DNA from: Catajapyx aquilonaris | Lineage: Eukaryota | DNA length: 64,000 nt | Assembly (NCBI GenBank): GCA_000934665.2 | Contig: JYFJ02001398.1 | Coordinates: forward strand, 1 to 64,000 | Direction of reading: 5' to 3' | Shown: one piece after another, positions 49,971 through 61,888 of the stretch | Position numbering within the stretch: the first letter of the stretch is position 1 | Layout of the letters: every line of letters begins with the position of its first letter | Made by a program: the position numbers and the translations under genes | The notes under the pieces: generated by a model | Database searches by the model: none | Seen by the model: the letters and a program-made list of their open reading frames with translations, nothing else | What the model was told of the DNA's origin: nothing

Positions 49971-51857
49971 CTGAAAGATAGAAAATACTTACTAGCAATT
50001 ATCTAAATACCAAGCATGCACCTGTATTAGTTCCCCATGGTTTATGCACAATGGAACAATTATTCTCAAAGAAATTGCAAAATTCCGAAAGTGACACCAG
50101 CACTCTTGCACAGCTAATTGACCCTGTGCTCTTAGCAAACAAACAGTTCAGAAAACAATGCACTTCATAAGAACCTGAAAGTGGAATCCATAATTATCAG
50201 TGATGACCTCTCCAACTGCAATGGGCTTGATGGCACGCATGATGCACTTACGCCCTGCAGAGTGGCGTGCTGTGTTAGCACAGCAGGAGTGATTGGTCAA
50301 GCTCACTGTTGGATATGCTGCTCCACCAATTGGATATCCTTCCGACGTCCGAAGGTCACCATCTTCTACACGAGTCTCACATATTTCATATGCATTGCAG
50401 GCACAGCTTTGAAGATGGCGTAGGAGCAGACCACCTACCCAGTCTGAAAAGACACACCAAGATAATGATTGGATCAAGTAAAATAAAATTTAGAATTGAA
50501 AATGCCCCTGCATATGGCAGCTACCTCTACTGATTCCGAGCCTGTCTGTCTCCTCTGTGAACCCAGACTGGTCGAGGCAAGCCATGAGAAAGACAGCACC
50601 TATAGTCCTCTTAATCAAATCTGCCTTGCTCCGTTTGTTGGAATGGGTCACCTGCGCACCAAAACACAAGATTAATTTAAAGTAATTATAAATGGTCTGC
50701 AAAACAACTTTCACCTGGTGGTAAACAGAAGCATAATCCTGGGAATCAAACACGTCTCCAGGTCCAACCCCAAAAGGCAACATGTCTGGCTCGTCCCATG
50801 CCTCAGCACGCCGCTGGAATGCCACTAACCCTTCTGCTCCCACAGACACCACAACTCTGAAGGACAGGAGGGCCATTTTCCCAAAATTTTCAGCATCCAA
50901 GAGCTCCATCACCCTGCACTCATACCGGTGGAATTTTTCCCATGCACTATCCCTGCACTCGGGTGAACAAAATCCAACCTTGGCACAAGTGTAGCATGGT
51001 ACCTGTGCAATCGTACGACCACAACAATTAAGACAATGTGTGGCGTAACTCTCAGGAAGCAGGGTCCATGCAAAAGGCTCTTCGATGATCAGCACATCAC
51101 CAGCTCTCAAAGGCTTGGCTGCTACCAAGTGTCGACCTGAAGCATCAGAGTAATTGAGACGGACACCACTGGAAGCACTGGTGATCGTTGGATGAGGATT
51201 GTAACTCACACTTACGTCCTTAAGATTGCTGTCATCAGTAGCTATAGGCTTCAGTGATTTTAGCTCACGAACAACTGTACCGGTCAAGCGAGATAATTCA
51301 CTTCCGGAATTCTGATCATTTTTTATTTCAATGATGGAGGCCCTTAGCAGCTTTTCTGCTTCTTCCACATTTCCACACTTGGCTGCACAACAGCCGCCAA
51401 TTTCAAGCAAGCGCCACTTTTGGGGTGCAGATGGCTTCAGTTTCAATGCAATTTGAGCATCTTGCAAGCCAAAGGATGGATGAGAGTGCAGAAGCAGCTT
51501 GGCCCTTTGCAACAATGCACTGCACAGATCAAGAAAATCATCCTCTTCATATTCTTCGTCTTTCTCCGGATGAGGTGCCATTGCTACTGCACGGTTCAGA
51601 GATCGCAGCGATGGATCTTCTTCCAATGACTGCATCGTTGCCAGACCAGATTTGTGTGAGAATCTTGCATGGACGTTTGGCTCCGAAGGAAGGCGGTGGG
51701 CAAGCAGTGATACACGCTCTTCATCAGTAGTCGCAGATGCTATTTCTGCCATGGCTGCATCCCATTCTTTGCTGATATGGAGTTGGTCCACAACCCAGGT
51801 TTGGAAACGCTGATAAGAATCGAAAGTCTTCTGCGGCTTCATGTGGTCAAGTTCCAT
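49554..51857 (-). CDS. SMYD4: SET and MYND domain lysine methyltransferase (SMYD4-like), 4 coding exons, about 651 aa
   Basis: Exons 51857-50715, 50651-50525, 50443-50175 and 49970-49554 join in frame (the 63-nt intron 50714-50652 is read through by the ORF track). Split-SET GRHLVAAKPLRAGDVLIIEEPF; MYND HCLNC...PCYTC...FCSPECR...FHRYEC; NHSCCAN and GEVITDNYG; post-SET FHCDCPAC; N-terminal TPR-like helices. Confidence 0.9.
50175..50443 (-). CDS. SMYD4: SMYD4-like coding exon 3 (core SET)
   Basis: ttttcag|DWVGGLLLRHLQSCACNAYEI...YPTVSLTNHSCCAN...ITDNYGFHFQ|gttctt. Confidence 0.9.
50525..50651 (-). CDS. SMYD4: SMYD4-like coding exon 2
   Basis: gcgcag|VTHSNKRSKADLIKRTIGAVFLMACL...SR(G)|gtagct; phase 1. 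Confidence 0.82.
50715..51857 (-). CDS. SMYD4: SMYD4-like coding exon 1 (TPR-like, N-SET, MYND)
   Basis: Acceptor tttacag at 51867-51868, ATG 51857, donor CAG|gtgaaa at 50714. Confidence 0.88.
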
Positions 51858-52539
51858 CCTGGAAACCTGTAAATGTATGTATGTAAAAATAGGGTGTCAC
51901 CCTGTGCTTGCACAAATTTACCTCGGAAACTTTCCAATATTTCTGCAAGAAATTATTAATACCAATAAGCACTTACCTTTTCAGTATTTTTCCTCTGGCA
52001 GTGCAAACCCCTTTCCTGATGGGCGTTGCTCTCACAGTGAATGTTGCGGTATTCTTTGAAAGTGCAATAAAACTGCACTACACCCACAACAAGTAGGCGG
52101 GGAGGAGTATACCGTAGTAAATGGGATAATGCATGTAGGCCTCACACGTGGTAATTGCCTGAGGTCGGCAGCCTTCCCTTCCTGTGCCTCTTGGTCCTGC
52201 TATTCTCATCTGTTGCATTTCTTTCTAGGCCATGCCTTCAGTCTAAATTTGGATCCTTGCCTTGCCATAACACTCATTTGGCCTCTGCTGCCACCTTTTT
52301 TCACACACTATAACTGCTGCCTCTGCTACCACAACATTGCAAGATGTGGCAAGGCTACTTTTCATGAGCAGAACGGACAGCTCAATATTATTAGGAGGCC
52401 CAGGCATGAAGAAACATAATTTTGGCTTCAATAGGATAATTCCTTGGTGAGCTTGCTTCCAATGCCCATATTCTACAAAAATGTCCATTCAAAGCGTAGT
52501 TACATACCACTAATCACTGGCAAACTTTCCTGAAAAGAG

Positions 52540-52741
52540 TTTATTCATTAGCAGGTCAAGATAAAATTTTTAAAAGAGTAACTTTGAAGGGACCTACACA
52601 AGAGGGTTTTTAGCTTGTGCTAAAAAACCAGCCTGTTGACCCCTTTACACATTTCCTTACAACTAGCTGAAAAGTTTAGAAATGAAATTAACAAAAAAAC
52701 ACCAGAAATAATGAGCCTTACAATGAACCTAGTAATTTATT
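52540..52741 (-). terminator. Candidate polyadenylation signals of the FGD-like gene
   Basis: AATAAA on the minus strand at 52741-52736 and 52545-52540, 0.2-0.4 kb after the stop at 52974. Confidence 0.45.
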
Positions 52742-52973
52742 TACACAACAATATATTAAGGCAATACTATGTCGCATGTACAATGCTGAGATTGTTTGTT
52801 GGCTACTCCCTGGAAGACAAAACGCCAGGGTGTGATGACCAGAAATGACTTAAATAAAGTTAACCTACTGACATCATGCGAGTATTTTTGGGTGTGGTCT
52901 TTGGCAACATCAGCGGGATGAATAGTGTTATACCATGTTACAAATGATGACTTTTGACCCTCGGGTCTGCTTA

Positions 52974-53117
52974 TCAAAGCACGATAGCGTCCTTCATGGC
53001 ACACACCCACTTTTGAACAGAGGCAGGTGTCTCGGCCTGAAATATTAGTGGTGGCTGTCCTGCATGGCTCAGTTGGAACACCAGCTTGGGTTCCAACCCT
53101 TCTTGCCAAGGGAAGCT
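52974..53117 (-). CDS. FGD6: FGD-like last coding exon (end of PH2, stop)
   Basis: tctgcag|SFPWQEGLEPKLVFQLSHAGQPPLIFQAETPASVQKWVCAMKDAIVL* (TGA). Confidence 0.88.
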   Translation of the reverse strand, partial: SFPWQEGLEPKLVFQLSHAGQPPLIFQAETPASVQKWVCAMKDAIVL

Positions 53118-56100
53118 CTGCAGATGAGAATGTCTGATTAAGTAACAGTGACATCATACGGCCAAAAAATAACAACCCACATTATGGAAGCTAGGCAGAA
53201 ATTACTCTTCATAAAATAATTCTTGGGCCTACCATGGTTGCAGTGTAAGGCAAGATTCTGATGCATGAAACACATAGCTGGGCTTACAGTACCTTCCAGT
53301 CAATTTGAGAACAAAATTAACAATTTCATATGTGAAGAGCAATAATAATTTTTCTAAATCTGTGTATGTGTGGACACATAAAAAGCTGTGCTGAATACTC
53401 CTCAGACTCTCTGTGCTTGCAAGCTGTACTCACCTCATTTGGAGAATGCAGCAGCAGGTACCCAAGGACTGGCAGACTCTGTAGGGCCACCACATCTTGG
53501 GAAGCCCCATAAAAGTACAGGACTCTGTCCTTGAGGACAAACCAATTCCGCTTGCACCCTTTCCCACTCCCACTCCCACCTGCCTTCCACCACAGCCACC
53601 CACTCATCTGGGAGCCTGCATCATTAGCACACACCTCTTTCAGTCGGGATGGGATGAAGCGCTTGCCTCCACCTTCCCCAGCTCCAGTCCCACTTCCAGC
53701 CACCCCTGATCCTACCCCTACACGTTTGAAGTGCGGCCTTAGCTCTTCACGAATGCAAGCTTCCCTCGATTGTAGTTCTGCAGCACAAAAACCACATCTC
53801 AATATATTTGCCATGGGTTTAGCACGCGTTTCATTGAATAACACGAAGTTGCAAGTCATACTGACCTTTGTAGAGACGATCAAAGCAAAAATCACACACT
53901 CTAGCAGGATCATTCTTCCGATATTCAAGTGGTGCTCGATTTGCTGAACAATGCCCGCATATGACCTACAAAATAAAAGACATACATACAATTGGGCTCT
54001 CCTTGATTTGCATTACTGAGTAAAATAGCTGTTACCTTCCCACATGCACGGCAATGGTGGCGCCTGAATGTGACTGTAAAATGTGCAGTGCACTGTTGAC
54101 ACATTGTGACTCTGGCGTCAGGTATCCACACTGGTGCCTCTTTCCCTAATCGAATCTCTGGAGCTGAGGCATCTGTTGGAGATGTTTTTGCAAGCCCAGA
54201 CTGTGCTGAGGCAAAACTCCAGCGCTTGTTGGCGTTTTCCTCAATGGCCTCCTTCAGTGCAGTCATCCACTCTTCACGCTCAGCTGCTGAACTGCAGCTG
54301 AGGCTGAAGCTGCGGGCGATGCTAATAACACTGAACTCAGTCTGGAAGGCATCAGCAGTGTTGTCATCACGCGTACAAGATATGCGCATGCCGGACAAAG
54401 GAAGCTCGCTGTGGACTTTCAGACTACCACCAGGGTGTCCTCCAGAATAACTTGTGTACAGCAGGCAGTCACTCAACTGGAAGAATCACCAGGTGAATTA
54501 TTATCAGCATTGTCCAGGCCATTACAAACAGCTTCCATCAAACTTCACACATTACCAGAATAAAAAAGCGAGGCTGCCTCTCCTTTCTTCCCAGCTTGAA
54601 GAGTTCTCCTTCTTTCAAAAGGGACCTCCCTGGACGTATCAGCTCATAGCTACCCAACTGTCTCTGCAGGCTCAGCATACGTTCCATATTGTCCTGAAAT
54701 GCAGCTCAATTTTAGCACTCACTACTTCTAATGTATTTCTAAGGTATCAAAATTTGAAATTTGAAATGTGTTTCTGTAGCACACAGTGGAAACTGGTTCA
54801 TTACGAAGAAATTTAACTGAAAGGAACACTTAATTTACATAATTATGTAAGATTCAGTGTATAGTTCAAGGCATATAACTTACCCCTAGCCTTAAACTGT
54901 TGTCTGCATGTGCTGCTGCCTCTTCCACCACCCTAATGGCTTGGAGGGTGTCCTGATAATCAGGAGAGTCTTCTTCTAGGTGTGCCAAATAATCTTGTAA
55001 CAAGAGCCTGTATTGAGGAATTCTCTGCACTGGTTTCAGCATGTAGTGTTTTAGACCCAGCATCCTGCACCGAGGAGATGCCTCAAATTCTGCGGATGCC
55101 CTTCCAAAAGCAGGTATCCTAGTCCTGAGTTCATCCAAAAAGGCACACTGGGCTTCAAAATTGCGGACATAATCTGCATACAACTTCAAGAATGGACCCT
55201 TTTGTGCTATCACCTGTGAAATAAATAGAATAATAATATTCTTGGATCAACATGCATTTTATAATTCTCTGTCCCTCCTCCAAAATGTATTTTGATCTGG
55301 TCACGTTTCCTAAACAATGTCTAAGCCTTCTCACCTGAGCCATCCGAGGTGACTTCTCCCACCCCATCACCCTGGCCTCCAGGTCACTGAGCAGGTCCTC
55401 GTTGAGGCGTTGAAGTTGTGGAAGGGATCCCAGAAGGCGAGTCAGATCACCTTCTGACAGTGACAAGGAGAGTTCTACAGCATGCTTGAAGTCACGAGTG
55501 AGAAGATTCAGAGCATCCACATAAGCCTTTTCTGAGGTTGCAAGCTCCCGTGCTATCAAGAAGGCCTTTCGCTGCTTCTTAGCCTGAGGGTCCTCCTGCA
55601 TAGGTGATTCAGGCGGCTCTTCTTCCTCATCATCTGAAGAAACAGATGCACCTCCTATGGAACCTTCAGCTTGAGCCAGAGGTGCAGATGAGGTAGCTTC
55701 AGATGATGGGACCGGATCCAGGTAGAAGCGACTCATTGACCTGCAATCACATTCCATATTAGTATTGAAAAACACTTCACAAACATTCAAGGAAAGTACG
55801 TAATAAAGGTGGCTAAAAATATTAAGGAAACTTGACCAGTGCCTGAAATCACTTCGTGAATCTATATGACCATGCCAAGTGAATGAGAATAAAGGTCTGT
55901 GCTAAACGAATAATTTTTTAAACCGTATGTGGCACTGAAAATGTACTTCTTACATACCACTTCTTGATCATCTTGCAGTCAACCATTGGTCCATCCCTCA
56001 TGGTGTATCACATGATCCTACACTTCATCCCATTTTGTTACAAACATGGTGTCCCCAACTGCCCTTGAGAATAGAAATTCAGATTCCTGAGACTGACCAC

Positions 56101-59100
56101 CTGGCAGTGCTGCTAGGCACTCAATCACTCTTTGTTTATCTTCCCAACAGCTTGCATCAAAATGTTTAGCAACTGGGCCCATTCTAATCTAGTTGAGTTT
56201 TCTCTCCAGGAGTGGTCCACTTCATAAAGCATGAGGTCACCAACCCATTCACAAAGAAATCCAAGAAAGCTGTAATTACTGAGCCTTATCTTGAGAGCAA
56301 AAACAGGCCCAACACAGCAATAGCCCATGCAATGACCTTCTGAATATGTATCACAGGACAGGAGTAACTACTGATTGTAAGTTTCATGAATGATAAAGAA
56401 TAGAAGGTCACTTGCCTAAACCTTGATAACCAGCAATATCAGGAACAATAATAGAATGATAAATGTGGTGATAGGCTCCCTACCAGTAATTATCAACATC
56501 ATGTTACTAGAATTTTCCAAGAAGAAAATTAAGCCCCATCATAATATCATTTAGCTTCTACCATGCACGTGTGCACACCCTTTATGAGGTCTGTAACCCA
56601 TTATCATCTACAGTATTATCAACTAAGAACACCTGTGCTTTCTCCCTGTGGAATACATGGAAGTACTGTAGTTCCGATTCCTTTGCAGGTTATTTAGTAA
56701 GGTACCATTCACTTTGTTGATAACCTTGTAATGCACTTTACTAACAACCAACTGAGCACCAAGAACCTTGTGGAGAACATAAATATCCTGTAGGGAACAT
56801 ATCTGGAGTGATAATACATCACCCTCCCCTAGTGGGAGAAATATATTATTAACTATCCTTTAAAAAGTCACTACTCACAATGAAAAATGCGACGACAGTG
56901 TGGATGCAAATGTTGTGTCCAGATATCTGGCAATACATGCAAAGCATGCCATGCAGCAGTTCGAATTTCCCATTATTGTGTCAAAATGGCCAGACAAAAT
57001 AGAAGCAATGCTCAAGCTGTGAGCCCCTACTGTTGATGTGAGACGAAGTCTCCCAAACCATATCTAAACCACTATATCTGTATCCTAGCATATATCTATA
57101 CCCACATATCAATCTTGGCAAGGCGCAGGATGTGTTTGTTAGCTTGGGGTTTCTGTTTGACAAGGCGAAAGTGACAAGGCACAAGAGCTGTTGGGTTTTG
57201 CACAAGGAAAACATAATTCACCAACTATCACTACGGTATTTAAAATGGCATAAGCAAATTCATCAGACTTGTAAGGCAAGATAAATACAGCCAAACAACA
57301 AGTGGTACTGATGCTGCACTGCACAAGTAATTGTATTATTTCAACAAGCTTGAGCTGATTGCTGAGAGTGGTGCTATTATGGTGATTGTGTCCCTATCAC
57401 ATATGAAAGGTACCTTCACATTTTAAAAACATGTATTGATAACAAATTGGTTACAGATTTGCTGCAACTGTTGGTATTTTAATGACCTATTTAAACAATG
57501 CTATCCTATCAGTGTAATAATGGACATGTTTGTGTTGTATCCAGAATCCTTCATCAGCAGACTACATCATACCATTTGTATGCACCCCATTTTATACGGT
57601 GTCTCAACTTTTTTGTCCAAACACTTATCGGAAATATTGCACTAAGCTGGGGGGGCCTGGCTACGTCACTGGCGCAGGGATTACGATAATAATCATTATG
57701 CCTTCAAATACAACACAGTGCATCGTGCATATAATGTTGAAGTCCCTCTTTATGGTAAGAAAGCAGACTAAAATTCGGAAATACCACACTGCATGTTTAT
57801 TCATAAACATCTCTCTCTCTCTGTCGCGCGTGCGCAAAACGAGTGTTCTTTCTGATTAAAGAATAAAAAATAAAACACTGGATGGGGGCCCGCAGTACTT
57901 GGGGCCCCCGGTGCGACGCACCGCCGGTATTTATGGCACTGATGCTATGTCACGAACACATGAAGTAGTTAAACCTTGACATCATCAAAAGACAGCACAC
58001 TATATCAAAAGTCACCTGGACTCCATTGGGGTGGGGGGTGGGGAGGGGGGAGGGGGAGGGGAGACAAATGCAAATCATTTATGCACTAAATTAAAGTTAA
58101 ATCATGCAGGCCTTCCATAATGGGTATGCCAAGCTTTTTAAAATTTAAATATGTTCACATCCACTGCGTAAAATTATTTCAATTAACACCAAGAATGAGC
58201 ATGACTTACTCAGTAGGAAGGGAGGACCTATTCCCACTCCTCTCAAATCGCTTCTGTTTAGACCTGGGTGATCGTTTATGAGTGCCCTTTCCCAAAAGGA
58301 TAGCAGCGACTCTTTTTCGGATAGGAGATGGAGCATCAGTCATATCATCATCACCTCCCACAGGAGCATCAGTGCTGTCATCATCAGCTAGGAAGCCACC
58401 ACTCAACTCTCCTTCATCACACCATCGCTTGCCATTTTTCTTGCCATTCTGAGGTAATGAAATTGGTCATTGTTACAACTTCATATTAAAAATTCAACCG
58501 GAGACATCATATTTGTACAAAAGATATGTTCCAGGATCGCTTTTGCTGCATACCTTGGTAATGTTAAAAGACATTATTCCTATTAATATTGCAGAAAAAA
58601 AGTGAAACTCAGTTTCAAAAGCTTGTACCATGACTTGTAAAATCGAGGCATTAGAGACATGAATTTGCAATTTTTTTTCACTTTGAAAATGGTCTCAAAA
58701 TATGCTGGAAATCTTCTAGAATTCATATGTATTATTAAAGCAATGGTAAATGGCTCCTAATTTTTAACTGCTTTTTAAAATTGCACATTGCTTACTAACC
58801 CCAACATTTAATAAATTCAATAAGTTCAAAAGCCTGGTCATACAATGTGGTAACACTTCAAATGGGGGTTTTCAATGAGAAAAGGGCATTTACACAGCTA
58901 ATTCCATTAAAGTACAGATTTATTTCAATAGGTGGACATTGTTTATCATTTTGTTGCCATAAATACGCATCTTTGAGAGATTTCTAGCACCTCCTGGCTC
59001 CTGCGGCTGTTTCAAACCAAATATATGCAAATTCATAGCTTTCAATCCCAGATTTGCATAAAGGTGCGTTTACGTGTGAGCGATTTGACGAGCGAAATCT

Positions 59101-61833
59101 TCACCAAGGCCGAGTAACCCAAGTAACCAATATTGTTTGAGGCGAAAATCGATTGTTAATTTTAGCCTCGGCGAAGATTTATCTTCGCTTTGCTCGTCAA
59201 ATCGCTCACATGTAAACGCACCTTAACTCAGAAAAACCTCGGTAAAAAATACGTTTCAATTTTCCATGTGACATTATGTGAAGCAACTCCCACTGAAAAT
59301 TACTGGTACACACAGCACAATAATTCCTGGAGCAAATCCTTTATGCCAATGTTAAAATAGTGTGCTCATGAAACTAACTTGAAAGTCTTGTGACGATGAT
59401 GATGAGACAGGTGACAAGCGACAATCCATCTTGTCTGCTCCTGCCCACGAGTGACTTCGAACTGGAACTTGGCCAAGGGTCAAGACTCCCAGAGTTGACC
59501 TTAAGTCTGACAACTTTGATTCTGGGGAGATCACATCCCGATCTTCAACCAAAGGTCTCGAGAAGATCTGGTTCTTGCTGTCCACCACCTGCTCCAGGCC
59601 CTCCAGAAGCTCGGCAATGTTTCCTATGGTGCCTTCCAGCTTGAGGACATTAGATTCAATGTTGTCAGAACTTCTGTTGCCTTCCTCCAAGTCTTCCAAG
59701 GTAGCAGGCTCTTGCAGATTAGGAGACACATTATCTTTCTGCGTAACTGTTTCTTGACTAGACTCTTGGCTCTCTTCATTCTTACACGTAACACCTATTT
59801 CTAAAGAATCTGCACCAGCTTTTTCCAAGTCACAGAGTTCCACACTAGCATCATTGTCTTCAATTAGAAGCATACATGTATCTTCAGATTTAGCATCAAC
59901 TGCACTAGCACCCACATTTATTGGCATATCCTTGTCATTTTCTTCATCATGTGTAGCACACGTTTCTTTGTCCTTTGCTTCCAACGCATTGGCACACTGT
60001 TCTGAGTAAGCATCCACTGCCTCTTCAATTTCTGGGGGCTTCACACAGTTTGTGTCCCTGTCAATTACTTTCACGTCTCCATCTGCAGCAGCTAAGGATG
60101 ATTCTTCCACTTTTGCATTGGCACTTTCTACTGTATTCTGCACTTGGAGGTTTGTTGCTGGAGTATCAGCACTTTCAGCTTGCACTTGCATTGGTTCCTC
60201 TGGTTCTGGAGGATTCCCTGAAGATTTTCCTGCCTCCTCGGCTGAAGTATCCACTTTAGCTTCACCACTAGTACCAACTACACTGGTGTTACCCATGTCT
60301 ACTGTGTCTGCAGGAAGCAATTCCAATTGTTGTAACTGTGGTGGTGATGAACGTTTCTTATTTACTGTTGCATAGATTGGGGTGGTCTTTTTGGGGTTTG
60401 AAATTACAGCCTCAGATTCAGTGCATTGTACAGATTGATCATGATGACCATTTTCCACCAATTTCGCTGGTGACTCCTCTGGAACATTTGCTTTCCTGGG
60501 TATGGGAGGTGCTTGCCTTGTAGGGGTTAGAGGAGCATCTTTAGGACGGAAAAGTTGGTTTTCCTTTGAGAGTATGGATGAAGCTTTACTACTAGAATCG
60601 TGCACATCCTTTGTAAGCTGGATTGAAACTTCTGCAGGTGTGCATGTAACAGCCTTCACAGGTGTTGTGGCTGTGGTGGTGTGGGGAGGTCCCTTTACAG
60701 GAATACCTGGTGCTTTCCTGCTGGGACTGACAGGTATTTTCTGTACATCAGGAGTGACTCTAGTATCTGTCCCAATTGAACGATTCAACCTGGCTGGCGC
60801 ACAAGCTGGCCTCTTTTCTGAACATCCAAGTGAGATGCTCCTGTGCAGTTTAGGCTTACCATCAGCTCCCTTCCTACGTGACCTAGGTGGTGGTAGAGGT
60901 GGTGAAAGATTTGATGGCCATGGGAGAATGTCTGGTGGATGCCTCCCCAAGCTGCTACTCTTTGCCTTGATGTGAGGTGGAACAAAGGAAGTGGGTGGGG
61001 CTTGGTTTCGGCCCAGGCTGGCAGTTTTCCATGCTGAACGCGGAGGAGGTTGTGGGCTGATTGGAGTGTCTGGAGGACTCCTGGAAGTCTTGCCCCAACA
61101 GAGGAAGTCAGAGGTCAGGCTTCGGCTCCTCTGTATGAATGATGAGGCAAAGCGAAAGGAAGAAGTGGAACTAGGAGAGGAGGGTGGCGAGAGAGTCCTC
61201 GGTTCAGGGGGGAAAGCAAAGCAGGTGGGAGGTGGTGGTCGAAGAGGTGGAGTATTCTTCAAAAGGAGTCGAAGGGGCTTTGGTGGTAGTTCTGGTTTGG
61301 TCAAGGGAGTTGATTCTGTGAATAAAAAAGAGAAAAATAAATGAATAAAATGAAATAACTCTTTAGTGTACTATACCAGTTCCCAAAAATTCCTTCATTT
61401 ATCCACACTTAATAGTCACTTAAGCCACAATATTAAATATTTCAAATTTAGTTAAACTTTTTTGGTACGTACCACAAGTTTAAAAATCTCCCTACATAAA
61501 GGCCGCTTGTAAAGAATTCTACTTCTATCATATTTGTCTACTCCCACCACATCACGTATTGCACACAATCCACTAACCAAGCAAGAAATGCTCATTCTTT
61601 TCTCTACCACATGTGGTCCCCAGCCCGGAAAAAGCTGTTCTGCCAGCTGAAAGATAAGCCCATGTCTCATGCAACAGGAAGGAAAAAGCACATATCTGCA
61701 TTTCCCTCTTCTGAGATTTAAGTGCTAGAAAATTAGGAATTACACAGAAAAACAAATCATGTTTGCAATTTTAATGCCAACAAAATGGGTACAACCTCAA
61801 TTGAGCTTACTCACTTATGGTACCATTAATGTC

Positions 61834-61888
<55 letters not shown>

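Noticed and set aside
50490..51857. 455-aa ORF as a complete single-exon gene
   Set aside because: It reads through a 63-nt in-frame intron and runs into the next intron; the SET core is in downstream exons.
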